A stretch of 46,754 nucleotides of DNA from an uncultured Gammaproteobacteria bacterium (GCA_964400835.1 CAYNWD010000001.1:54487-101240), one strand, 5' to 3'; positions 1 through 8,694 are shown, counted from the first letter of the stretch. Numbers and translations are program-made. The notes: generated by a model from the sequence alone, not told the origin.

Positions 1-883
1 CGGCAAACAAGTGGAGATCCGATTTAGAAATGACCAAATCATGATACGCCTGGCATTTGTACATCTTGTGACTGTCGCGACCGTCCGGCATCTTGCGCAT
101 TCCTGCATCTCTTCGGTTCTCGTAAAGCGTACTGACAATGCCAAAATTCAGAAGTAATCGCTGCACATTAACCAAGAGCGCCTTGCTGACCGAAGTCAGC
201 CGCACGCTCACGCCTTTTTGCGGAGTTCCGGCCACGTGCCCGTCGCTTGAGAATAACCCCTGAAGAAATCCACGCTGCATTGCTTCGCTGCCTGCCAACA
301 CCGGTTGCGGCACAATATATTTATTTTCATGGGACAATCCATAGCGCTTTGCCATCCGCCACAGGCGGACGGACTCAATAACTGCCTTATCTTCTTTTTC
401 TATATATTGCGCAGCAACGGGGTATGCGCGGGAGACGACCTGCTCCCCGTCTACCATTGCGCTTACCATGTGGGCAAATCGCGGGGCTAGTTCTGCTTTT
501 TCTTTTCGGTAGAAAAACAGTGTCGCAACATCCTCTTTCATGCTCCCGTCGCCCACCAGCCACCCCAGCACCTGGCCCTCCTCGTGTGTTCCGGATATCC
601 CGAACGAGCCGCCGCTTGTCAGAACGATTTTGTCTCCCTTCTGAAGTTTCTGTGCTTCGATTTTCCCCTGTGGCGTATAGACTTTATGATCGCCGGTAAG
701 CCGGATCTGATATCCCTCTTTTGTGACGAGCCGATGTACTTTCTTTGTGCCGGTTTTAAATACAGCAGACGAAAGGTAGGATTTTCCGTCAACCATGACG
801 GTAAACGGTTTTCCTTCCTGATACAAATCGCCAATTGACCGTATGCCGTTCGCCGTAGAAACGAGCGTATCTGCCGTGACGCA
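1..883 (-). mobile_element. Intein with a LAGLIDADG homing-endonuclease domain inside nrdJ (partial; the C-terminal splice junction is outside the window)
   Basis: In frame after extein ..VNCVNP comes CVTADTLVSTANGIRSIGDL (Cys1 codon 883..881, block A-like). Two dodecapeptide motifs follow: LGWLVGDGS (about 574..542) and FLQGLFSSDGHV (about 268..233). Confidence 0.8.
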
Positions 884-1759
884 CGGGTTTACGCAGTTGA
901 CGTACTCGTAATAATAATTGTTGAACCATTTGTTGTAGCGCTCCATAAAGACGACCCCGGGTTCGGCGCTCCTCCAGGCTGCCTGGGCAACCAGGTCCCA
1001 CAACGCCCGTGCTTTGATCGTTTTTTTCACAACCGGCGTCTTGCCCAGGGCAATCCAGTTGGGCATATAGCCGTCCCACTTGGTGTCGTAGTCCGGGTCA
1101 CTGGTGTCGGGAAATACTAAGTTCCAGTCGGCATCGTTTTTCACTGCTTCCATAAAACTGTCCGAAACGCAGACGGAAAGATTTGCGCCGTTTATGCGCG
1201 AGAGGTCCTGCTTCACCGTAATAAATTCCTCCACATCCGGATGCCAGTCCCACAACATAAGCATGAGCGCTCCCCGGCGGCTGCCGCCCTGCTGAATAAT
1301 GTCTTTGGTTGCGACACTAAAAAGTTCCGCCCAGTTGCACGGACCCGAGGAAAACCCATTGACCTTTTTGACCCGTGTGCCGCGCGGCCGCAGACTCGAA
1401 AGGTTTATCCCCACACCGCCGCCGCGGGACATAATCTCCACCATCTGCGCAAGAGTTTTTAAAATGCCGCCGCGGGAGTCGTGCGGACTGGGGATGACGA
1501 AACAGTTGTAAAAGGTGACCTTGTAGCCGGTACCGGCGCCGGAGAGTATGCGGCCGCCCGGCACAAATACAAAGTCCTTCATCGCATTATAGTATTGGTC
1601 CTCCCAGTGATCGCGCTGTTTTGCGGGCTCCTGCTGGGCGATTGCGTGGGCGATCCTGCGCCACATTTCCTCCGGCGTTTTTTCAATCGGGGAGCCGGCC
1701 TCGTTTTTTAAGGCATAGCGGTCCAAAAATACTGTTTTACGAATTCCGGTCAGCTCCAT
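1..1759 (-). CDS. nrdJ: Class II (B12-type) ribonucleotide reductase. This is the 5' part of the gene; it is interrupted by an intein and runs off the left window edge.
   Basis: My own minus-strand translation from ATG 1759..1757 stays open to position 1. It is missing from the ORF track because it has no stop in the window. Sequence: MELTGIRKTVFLDRYALK..FYNCFVIPSPHDSRGGI..SRGGGVGINLSSLRPRG..SSGPCNW..QQGGSRRGALM..YVNCVNP, then intein sequence. The start lies 8 nt downstream of the nrdR stop. Confidence 0.85.
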   Translation of the reverse strand, partial: MELTGIRKTVFLDRYALKNEAGSPIEKTPEEMWRRIAHAIAQQEPAKQRDHWEDQYYNAMKDFVFVPGGRILSGAGTGYKVTFYNCFVIPSPHDSRGGILKTLAQMVEIMSRGGGVGINLSSLRPRGTRVKKVNGFSSGPCNWAELFSVATKDIIQQGGSRRGALMLMLWDWHPDVEEFITVKQDLSRINGANLSVCVSDSFMEAVKNDADWNLVFPDTSDPDYDTKWDGYMPNWIALGKTPVVKKTIKARALWDLVAQAAWRSAEPGVVFMERYNKWFNNYYYEYVNCVNPCVTADTLVSTANGIRSIGDLYQEGKPFTVMVDGKSYLSSAVFKTGTKKVHRLVTKEGYQIRLTGDHKVYTPQGKIEAQKLQKGDKIVLTSGGSFGISGTHEEGQVLGWLVGDGSMKEDVATLFFYRKEKAELAPRFAHMVSAMVDGEQVVSRAYPVAAQYIEKEDKAVIESVRLWRMAKRYGLSHENKYIVPQPVLAGSEAMQRGFLQGLFSSDGHVAGTPQKGVSVRLTSVSKALLVNVQRLLLNFGIVSTLYENRRDAGMRKMPDGRDSHKMYKCQAYHDLVISKSDLHLFA

Positions 1760-1766
1760 ACTATTG

Positions 1767-2213
1767 TTACAGTAGTTTTTTTACTTCTTTTTCAAAATCT
1801 TCTATATCGACAAATTGCCGAAAGACGCTGGCAAACCGTATGTAAGCCACTTTATCAAGCTTTTTGAGCCGTTTGGCAACCAGTTGTCCGATGGTCTTGC
1901 TTCCTATTTCCGTCGTCTCGCCGCCTATAAGTTCTTTTTCTACTTCATCGACAATTCTCGTGACATCTTCTACTTTTATCGTGGTCTTGCCGCTAGCCCG
2001 CCAGATGCCCCGGCCGAGCTTCTCCCGGTCAAACGGTTCCCGTCGCTGATCTTTTTTCATGACCGTCAGCGGCACCGTTTCCACCCGTTCGTACGTCGTA
2101 AAACGCTTCTCGCACTTGGGACAATTTCTGCGCCTTCTGGTCACGCTAAAGTCCTCGTTGTCCCGCGTTTCTATAACTTCCGTGTCTGCATGGTCGCAAT
2201 AATGGCATTTCAT
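1767..2213 (-). CDS. nrdR: Transcriptional repressor NrdR (zinc ribbon plus ATP-cone)
   Basis: MKCHYCDHADTEVIETRDNEDFSVTRRRRNCPKCEKRFTTYERVE has the CxxC..CxxC ribbon, followed by an ATP-cone-like C-terminus. It lies directly upstream of nrdJ. Confidence 0.95.
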   Translation of the reverse strand: MKCHYCDHADTEVIETRDNEDFSVTRRRRNCPKCEKRFTTYERVETVPLTVMKKDQRREPFDREKLGRGIWRASGKTTIKVEDVTRIVDEVEKELIGGETTEIGSKTIGQLVAKRLKKLDKVAYIRFASVFRQFVDIEDFEKEVKKLL

Positions 2214-2227
2214 CGTGAAAACCTTCT

Positions 2228-2275
2228 ACGCTATACGTGGTGCCAATGAACATCCTAAGACACTATCCCTAGTCA
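2228..2275 (-). promoter_or_regulatory. Two candidate NrdR boxes upstream of nrdR-nrdJ
   Basis: acgctatacgtggtgc (2228..2243) and acactatccctagtca (2260..2275) each match about 11/16 positions of the palindromic NrdR-box consensus acaCwAtATaTwGtgt, including the C4/A6/T11/G13 positions. Centre-to-centre spacing is 32 bp. Confidence 0.45.
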
Positions 2276-2441
2276 GTCAACTGGCAACTTGTATATCAAA
2301 AAGGATCAGGTCATTTTTCCAGCCTCGTGAAAAAAATATGAGGAAAAACTACGGGGAAAATACACAAAATAATTTTTCGTCAGCGGCCGCCCTCTCGCAG
2401 GGAAAAGAAAAAGTGTTCAAAAATAAAAAAAGAGCGGCTCG

Positions 2442-2993
2442 TCAGCGCAATTCGGCAACGGTCTGCGCCGTCTCCTGCAGGACGCCGAGCGACCCGGCGA
2501 GTCCGGCAGCAACACTCTCGGGCGCGCGGGAGAAAAGGTCCGACAGAATCTCCTCGTGCTTGGCAGTGGATCCTTCAATCCTTTCATACAGATAGTCCGG
2601 AATCTCTTTCCCGCTCTCTTTGGCTGAAACCAGCTTTCCGGCTGCTTTGGAAAGATATGCTTCTCCTTTGGAAATCGTTTGCTCGGCAAGGCTTTCGTTT
2701 CCCTTGTCCAGAAGCAATACACCCATCATGAGCCGCTTGTCCGCCTGAAGAATGAAAAATTCCGCTTTTTTTGTGGGCTCGACGATGAGGAAATCCAGCA
2801 ATCGGTCGCGGACAAGCTTTACCCTGTACAGCGGATGATCCGGCAATACCCCCGGATACGGCATGATATAGTCAATCTTTTTCTGCTCTTCTGCCGGTTC
2901 TTTTAGGGGAACTTCAGGTGTCTTGGCAAAAATCGCAGACCCCCAACCCAGAACAAGGAGGAAAACGAGGAGTATGCGGTGAACAATTTTCAT
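2442..2993 (-). CDS. Secreted or membrane-anchored hypothetical protein (DUF5667-like from memory)
   Basis: 183-aa ORF with an N-terminal hydrophobic signal (MKIVHRILLVFLLVLGWGSAIFA) and a PGVLPDHPLYRVK motif. The rest is helical and Lys/Glu-rich. Confidence 0.6.
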   Translation of the reverse strand: MKIVHRILLVFLLVLGWGSAIFAKTPEVPLKEPAEEQKKIDYIMPYPGVLPDHPLYRVKLVRDRLLDFLIVEPTKKAEFFILQADKRLMMGVLLLDKGNESLAEQTISKGEAYLSKAAGKLVSAKESGKEIPDYLYERIEGSTAKHEEILSDLFSRAPESVAAGLAGSLGVLQETAQTVAELR

Positions 2994-3031
2994 AAACAGT
3001 GACGTGCCGTCGCATCCCGAGTATAGGCAAT

Positions 3032-3577
3032 TTACTGCGCTGTTGCAAGTTTTCGGATCTCTGACAAATCAATGCCGGAAACTGAAAACATTTCTTTCTC
3101 AAGCGCTTTTACTTTTGGGTAGGACCGGTTCAATATGGCTACCGCTTCAGCCGGAAGATTTTCTTTTCTCCACAGATCAAATCTTCCGTCCACGCCGACT
3201 ATATCATACTTAACCATCTTGTCTGCAAGAAACAATACCTTCTCTTCCCAGCTCTTGGGAGCGGTCGAGGGATCCAGGATTGCATGGAGCGAGTGATTTC
3301 TGATAACGTCGGCGACCTCGTCCATACCTTCTTCTTTGAGAATCCGTACCGCAGTTTCCGGATGCCGTTCTCCCAGCAATCGGGGAACATTTTTATCGAT
3401 GTCATGAAGTAGTGCTGACGCCACAAGGAGCGCTGTATCGACCTCTTTTCCTCTTTTTATGAGGGCCTGCGCAAAAACCCGGGCAACGGTTGCAACCAGG
3501 GCAACATGAACCCGTTTGTTGTCGGGAAGATTGTATATGTCCCAGAGCTTCCTGGCCTGTTCTTCGGTCGGAATCAT
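3032..3577 (-). CDS. HD-domain phosphohydrolase
   Basis: Has the ALLHDIDK HD motif. I chose the start at the internal ATG (MIPTEEQARKLW), which forms an ATGA overlap with the stop of the upstream MFS gene (3574..3577). Confidence 0.8.
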   Translation of the reverse strand: MIPTEEQARKLWDIYNLPDNKRVHVALVATVARVFAQALIKRGKEVDTALLVASALLHDIDKNVPRLLGERHPETAVRILKEEGMDEVADVIRNHSLHAILDPSTAPKSWEEKVLFLADKMVKYDIVGVDGRFDLWRKENLPAEAVAILNRSYPKVKALEKEMFSVSGIDLSEIRKLATAQ

Positions 3578-4728
3578 AAAAGTAAAAGCAAACCGAGACC
3601 GGCAATACCGGCCAAAATACCACCGAAGGAAAACGCAGCACTCGGTGCTACCGTCTGCCAAAGATACCCTGCGATGAGTGACGCGGGCAGAAGCGTTATG
3701 CCGACAACCATATTATATATGCCGTACGCCGTCCCCCGCCGGGAAGGCGCGACGACGTCTGCAACAAACGCCTTCGCCGTTCCCTGGGTCAAACCATAAT
3801 ACAACCCATACAAAAATACGGCAGCCACAAGGACGATCTGGCTGCCGCTGGCGGCAAAAATAAAATAGACCACGCTATACAAAAACCAGCCCGCGACTAA
3901 CAGCCGTTTCCTGCCGATGGTATCGGATAGGTTTGCCAAAGGGTACCCGGTGAACGACGCAATCAGGTTGAGCGCTGCCAAGAGTAAAAATATTTGGGCC
4001 AGGGAGAACCCGACCGACTGGGCCTTGAGTATAAAAAACGCATCCGAAGAATTCCCCATGGTAAACAGAAACGACAGCGCAAGAAACCGGTAATATTTTC
4101 CGCCGAAGGCATCGTGCAGGACAAACGGTTCGTCCTTTGTATGATCCGGAATATCGCGGAGGAAAAAAAACAAAAGGAGGAAAGACAAAACCAGAGGAAC
4201 GACGGCCAAAAGCACAATCCGCTGAAACGCGCCGCGGCTCAGTTGGGCTGCTGCGCCGACGAGGAAACTGGCGACAATCATGCCGACCACCGAGCCCATG
4301 TCATCCATTGCACGGTTTAAGCCGAATGAACGGCCCTCGTGATTACCGGCGGTGGACGATGCAATGAGCGCATCCCGCGGCGCATTGGCCATACCTTTCC
4401 CGCTTCTGTCCAGAAATCGAAGAAGCAGTACCTGCGGCCAAGTCGTTGCCCAAAAAAGCAGAAGCATAGAGGAACGCAAAAGCTGACCGGCGACGACAAT
4501 GGGTTTTCGTCTGCGCAAAACATCGGAGAGGTAGCCGGAAAACGGCTGCATTACCTGTGGGATGGCCTCTGCTACACCTTCGATAAATCCGATAACGGAC
4601 ATCCCGACACCGACAATATTGGCCAGATACAAAGGAATGGCGCGCTTTATCGTCTCTCCGCCGACGTCATTGAGAAACGAAACAACGGAAAGAACCACGA
4701 CATTTCGCGAAAACAACCGCCTGCTCAT
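3574..4728 (-). CDS. MFS transporter
   Basis: 384 aa with about 12 hydrophobic segments. It has an MFS-like loop (GYLSDVLRRRKP) and a repeated 6+6 architecture. Confidence 0.85.
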   Translation of the reverse strand: MSRRLFSRNVVVLSVVSFLNDVGGETIKRAIPLYLANIVGVGMSVIGFIEGVAEAIPQVMQPFSGYLSDVLRRRKPIVVAGQLLRSSMLLLFWATTWPQVLLLRFLDRSGKGMANAPRDALIASSTAGNHEGRSFGLNRAMDDMGSVVGMIVASFLVGAAAQLSRGAFQRIVLLAVVPLVLSFLLLFFFLRDIPDHTKDEPFVLHDAFGGKYYRFLALSFLFTMGNSSDAFFILKAQSVGFSLAQIFLLLAALNLIASFTGYPLANLSDTIGRKRLLVAGWFLYSVVYFIFAASGSQIVLVAAVFLYGLYYGLTQGTAKAFVADVVAPSRRGTAYGIYNMVVGITLLPASLIAGYLWQTVAPSAAFSFGGILAGIAGLGLLLLL

Positions 4729-4785
4729 AATCTGCCCCTTGCCAAGAGAAAATTTCTCTTCTTATAATAGCATGAGTCTTTCTTT

Positions 4786-5613
4786 ATGATCGCGTCTCTC
4801 CTCATCACCTTCCGCGAAGTCATCGAGGCGTCACTCATCGTCGCGACTGTTTTGGGTATTCTCGTGCGGCTCGGGCACCGGGATAAAATCCGCACCGTGT
4901 GGCATGCTACCGGTGCAGCGACTCTCGTCAGCGTCGTGTTGCTCGGTGTGGGAAGCCTCCTTGGGATCAAGGTACAGCAGGTATACTCCGGCAGAATTGA
5001 GGAGGTAGTCGAGGGAGTTCTCATGGTCGTCTCCGCGTTCTTTATAACCTGGGCGGTATTTTTTCTCCACAAGTATTTTGCCCACTATAAAGTACGTCTG
5101 CTGCAAAAGGTCAAAACGGTCGTCGAGCGCAGGCAGCAGCGCGGACTCTTTGCCTTAGTTTTTACCGCGGTGTTTCGGGAAGGGTTTGAAATCGTTCTTT
5201 TTCTCTCCAGCATCTATTTCTCTGAAAATCCGGCGAGCATCCTGTCCGGTTTTGCGATCGGCGCCGCAGCCGGACTTGCGGTTTCCTTTGCATTCTTTAC
5301 GTCAACTTTGAAACTTCCCGTGTACTATGCCTTCCGGTTCTCGAGCATCCTCCTTATGCTTTTTGCCGCCGGCCTCCTGGCCCGCGGGGTGCATGAATTT
5401 ATGGAAGCGGGCATATGGACCTACCCGACTTCATTTCCCCACTTGACCATTCCGTTTCTTCCGGCAGCGGGCACGTTCGCGGCGGATATAATCAAGGCAA
5501 TGTTCGGAGTCCGCAAAACTATGGATTTGGTGCAGCTCACTGTCTATCTGGGGTATGTGTGGCTTATGCACTGGCGGGTATTCGTCCGCAACTCTTCCCG
5601 CACCACGAGCTAG
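4786..5613 (+). CDS. FTR1/EfeU-family high-affinity iron permease
   Basis: Two REXXE motifs sit in TM helices (FREVIEASL and FREGFEIVLF). The protein is a polytopic 275-aa membrane protein. Confidence 0.85.
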   Translation: MIASLLITFREVIEASLIVATVLGILVRLGHRDKIRTVWHATGAATLVSVVLLGVGSLLGIKVQQVYSGRIEEVVEGVLMVVSAFFITWAVFFLHKYFAHYKVRLLQKVKTVVERRQQRGLFALVFTAVFREGFEIVLFLSSIYFSENPASILSGFAIGAAAGLAVSFAFFTSTLKLPVYYAFRFSSILLMLFAAGLLARGVHEFMEAGIWTYPTSFPHLTIPFLPAAGTFAADIIKAMFGVRKTMDLVQLTVYLGYVWLMHWRVFVRNSSRTTS

Positions 5614-5628
5614 CGATCGCTGCTGAAT

Positions 5629-6234
5629 TTATTTCAGCTTTTTCTGACCGTTTGCGCTGTAGTATCCCAGCGCCTGCAGGACGAGGTTGAGTGTTTCCGT
5701 CGGGCCATGCGAATAGGTATTTATGACCAGGTCATAATGCCGCGGATCCCAAAAGTCGCTTGCGCCGTACATCCGCTTCCATTTGGAAATATTTGCTTCT
5801 TCGCGTTCTGCCAGATGCTCCTTGGCCTCCTCCACGGTCAGGTTGTCCCGGTTGACGATCCGGTCTATCCGCAGCGCGTCGTTGCACATGAGGAGCACTT
5901 TCAGAACATGCGGCAGCTCGCGCATGTTCCAGCCGGCAATCCATGACTCCACCACCATGTGCACCGAGGGATTCGACAGCTTCTCACGCATGGCGGTGTC
6001 GATTTTGTGATCGATCTCGTCGCCGTAGTCAGTCGCAAGGTGATGCTTGGGATCATTAGGGTCCTTTTTACCCGCTTGTACGGAAAACTGCCGCGCCCAT
6101 TCCCCGCCGGAAAAAAATTCCCACCCCACGGGCGTAAGATACGGCTTGAGGTTTGCAATAAGTGTAGAGCGGCCGGCGCCGGGCCTGCCGGAAACGGCAA
6201 TGCTTGAATACTTTAAAGGAGTGCCCCTCTTCAT
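5629..6234 (-). CDS. P-loop nucleotide kinase (cytidylate-kinase-like)
   Basis: Walker A motif GRPGAGRST. The track ORF starts at a TTG at 6261. I prefer ATG 6234 (MKRGTPLKY) because a TATAAT sits 6 nt upstream of it. Confidence 0.7.
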   Translation of the reverse strand: MKRGTPLKYSSIAVSGRPGAGRSTLIANLKPYLTPVGWEFFSGGEWARQFSVQAGKKDPNDPKHHLATDYGDEIDHKIDTAMREKLSNPSVHMVVESWIAGWNMRELPHVLKVLLMCNDALRIDRIVNRDNLTVEEAKEHLAEREEANISKWKRMYGASDFWDPRHYDLVINTYSHGPTETLNLVLQALGYYSANGQKKLK

Positions 6235-6289
6235 GTCCCCATTATAATCGTGTCTTGACAAGAATCAAGAAGCTGCAGCATACTAGAGT
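6235..6289. promoter_or_regulatory. Divergent back-to-back promoters, both apparently leaderless
   Basis: Plus strand: TTGACA 6255..6260, 18 nt, CATACT 6279..6284, 5 nt, ATG 6290. Minus strand: TTGATT (plus coordinates 6268..6263), 16 nt, TATAAT (6246..6241), 6 nt, ATG 6234. Neither has a Shine-Dalgarno sequence. Confidence 0.5.
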
Positions 6290-6874
6290 ATGGTGACCAG
6301 CTACCTCCCGGTTTCCTGGAACACGTACCACGAAAGCAGCCAAAAGATTGCCGCGGCCATTCTCGACTCTCCCTTTGTTCTGGACGAAATTGTAGCGATC
6401 TCGCGCGGCGGACTCACGTTTGGGCATATGCTTTCTGACTTTCTGCGCAAACCCATCTCGACTATTACCATACAAAGCTACCACGACATCCGGTCGCAGG
6501 GCGAGGTAAAAATTACCGCCAAGCTGTCCACATCCATAAAAGGAAAACATATTCTCCTCGTCGACGACGTTGCGGACAGCGGCAAAACGCTCAAGCGCGC
6601 AGTTTCGTATCTAAAAAAACTCGCGCCAAAAAATATTACGACCGCCACCATGTATTACAAACCGCACTCGGTGTTCCGGCCGGATTTTTACGTCGATCAA
6701 ACCGACCGCTGGATTATTTTCCCGTATGAAGAAACGGAAACCATCTATCTTCTGACGCAGCAAATGGAAAAGTCGGGCAAGACAAAAGCCCAGATCCAGA
6801 CGTTTCTCGAGTCACTCCGTTTTTCGCCGGCGGATATCAGCTTTGTGCGCAGACATCACCTCGACAAACCATGA
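6290..6874 (+). CDS. Type I phosphoribosyltransferase (purine / xanthine-guanine PRT-like)
   Basis: PRPP-binding loop HILLVDDVADSGKTL; 194 aa. Confidence 0.8.
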   Translation: MVTSYLPVSWNTYHESSQKIAAAILDSPFVLDEIVAISRGGLTFGHMLSDFLRKPISTITIQSYHDIRSQGEVKITAKLSTSIKGKHILLVDDVADSGKTLKRAVSYLKKLAPKNITTATMYYKPHSVFRPDFYVDQTDRWIIFPYEETETIYLLTQQMEKSGKTKAQIQTFLESLRFSPADISFVRRHHLDKP

Positions 6875-7371
6875 CGCCGTCTCTCATTATCGTCTTTGGC
6901 CTCACCGGCGTGGGCAAAACATATGTCGCGGACGTACTAAAAAACGAGTTCGGCTATGCCTCATACAATGCAGACCGCAGCCTTCCCCGCGCCATGCGTG
7001 CGGCGCTGTTTCGCCGGGAAATTATCACGATACCCATGCGCGACGCGTTTCTCACCAACATCCTGCGGGCAATCCGGCGCTTAGCGAAAAAACACCCCAG
7101 GCTTGTCGTCCACCAGGCGCTTCACAAGGATTCCTTCCGTAAAAAGATTGCAGAAGTTTTTCCGGATGCAAAATTTATCCTGGTTACCGCCGATACGAAT
7201 ATCCGGGAAGGCCGGTATATCAAACGCAAGTATTTTAATCTCGGATTGGCGTATCTGCGGCACATGTCCGCACTTTTTGATCCGCCGACCATTGCGCATG
7301 TCGTCCTCACCAATACCGCCAAGGGAAAAGGGGCAATCCGGCCGCAGCTATTGGAATTTTTCCGCGGATGA
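6871..7371 (+). CDS. P-loop kinase (gluconokinase / AAA-like small kinase; substrate unknown)
   Basis: Walker A motif FGLTGVGKTY near the N-terminus. Its start overlaps the upstream PRT gene by 4 nt. Confidence 0.6.
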   Translation: MTPSLIIVFGLTGVGKTYVADVLKNEFGYASYNADRSLPRAMRAALFRREIITIPMRDAFLTNILRAIRRLAKKHPRLVVHQALHKDSFRKKIAEVFPDAKFILVTADTNIREGRYIKRKYFNLGLAYLRHMSALFDPPTIAHVVLTNTAKGKGAIRPQLLEFFRG

Positions 7372-7483
7372 AGCTCCACGGGCTGCCCGCAAACGCCTGA
7401 GCGTAGCTCTGGCAGGCGGGTCTTCTCCTCATTCGGCGAGCGAAATCCGCCGAAGCTCCGATTTAATCGGAGCGAAGGCGGAT
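7368..7483 (+). repeat. Interspersed mosaic repeat family 1, copy A
   Basis: atgaagctccacgg..ggcaggcgggtcttctcc..gagcgaaatccgccgaagctccgatttaatcggagcgaaggcggat. The core 7445..7483 folds as a 7+7 bp hairpin with a GAAG/CGAA internal loop. It shares modules with copies at 22601 and 26430. Confidence 0.8.
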
Positions 7484-8694
7484 GAAAAATTGCTGCTGAT
7501 GTAGTCCACAATTTCCTCTGCAACGCGGCGCTTGGAAGACAAGGGAATAATACGCGAATCCGATTTGGTAACTACGACGACCTCGTTTGTATCTGCCGCA
7601 AATCCCCGGTCTGGCCGGCTGATGTCATTCCCGACGATAGCGTCTGCCCCGCTTTCCCGGAGTTTCTTCTTCGCAATCCGGCCGAGTTTTTGTATGTCCG
7701 GTTCATGCGCTGCTTTAAATCCCACGACCACGGCTTTTGGATTCCATTGTTTTATGCGCGGAAGAATTTTGGGTGCCGGCACAAGCGTCAAACGGTGAGA
7801 CGTGCCGCTGGAAAGCTTTTTGGCGTATGAGCCTTTGACGGTAAAATCCGATACCGCGGCCGCATGAAACACGACTGCTGCATCCGGCACTTCATTTTCC
7901 AGAAGTTTGGAGAGCTCCGCGCTTGTTTCAAAAAACAATTCACGCCTTCTCCGCCGCGGCGCAACGCTTGTTTTACTGCGCAGGATGGTTACGTCTGCTC
8001 CCATTTGGCTCGCAGCATCGGCAAGTGCCGCGCCCATTTTGCCGGTACTCCTGTTAGTAAGAGTCCGCGCGCGGTCGATAAACTCTGTTGTTCCGCCAGA
8101 GGTCACGATGACGCGTTTTCCCTTCCATGTATTGCTGCGGCTCAGAATGGAAACGATTTCGTCCCGTATGAGCCTGACGTCGGCAAGTCTCCCTTTTCCT
8201 TCATACCCGCAGGCAAGCTCGCCTACTGCCGGGTCAAGTATGAAAAACCCCCGGCTTCTCAGTTTGTCCAGGTTTTCCCTCACGACGGGATTCTCCCACA
8301 TGTGCACATTCATGGACGGACATACGAGGACCGCTGCCGTGGTCGCGAGTACGGTTGTGGTAAGAAAATCATCAGCTAAGCCGTGCGCAAGCTTGGCAAT
8401 AATGTTTGCCGTCGCCGGACAGATGACGACAACAGACGCGCGGTCTGCCAGGTCCACGTGCTCTACCCTGCGGTCGGTAAGTACTTTCCTGTAGTCAAAA
8501 CCCTCCGGAAACAAATCTGTGTACACCGCCTGTCCCGATGCTGTCTCAAACGCCGATTTCGGCATAAGGCCGGTCGCGTGCCGCGTCAAAATGACCGGTA
8601 CATCATACCCTTCTTTCCGAAGGAGTCGGATAAGCTCCGGCACCTTTACTGCAGCGATGCCGCTCGTGACCCCCATGACTACGGTCTTTTTCAT
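7429..8694 (-). CDS. coaBC: Bifunctional phosphopantothenoylcysteine decarboxylase / synthetase
   Basis: N-terminal flavoprotein domain (MKKTVVMGVTSGIAAVKVPELIRLLRKEGYDV) and a C-terminal DFP/CoaB domain (VTSGGTTEFID..NRSTGKMG). I chose the start at ATG 8694. The track extension to 8793 looks like non-coding read-through. The last ~15 codons overlap repeat copy A. Confidence 0.9.
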   Translation of the reverse strand: MKKTVVMGVTSGIAAVKVPELIRLLRKEGYDVPVILTRHATGLMPKSAFETASGQAVYTDLFPEGFDYRKVLTDRRVEHVDLADRASVVVICPATANIIAKLAHGLADDFLTTTVLATTAAVLVCPSMNVHMWENPVVRENLDKLRSRGFFILDPAVGELACGYEGKGRLADVRLIRDEIVSILSRSNTWKGKRVIVTSGGTTEFIDRARTLTNRSTGKMGAALADAASQMGADVTILRSKTSVAPRRRRRELFFETSAELSKLLENEVPDAAVVFHAAAVSDFTVKGSYAKKLSSGTSHRLTLVPAPKILPRIKQWNPKAVVVGFKAAHEPDIQKLGRIAKKKLRESGADAIVGNDISRPDRGFAADTNEVVVVTKSDSRIIPLSSKRRVAEEIVDYISSNFSSAFAPIKSELRRISLAE

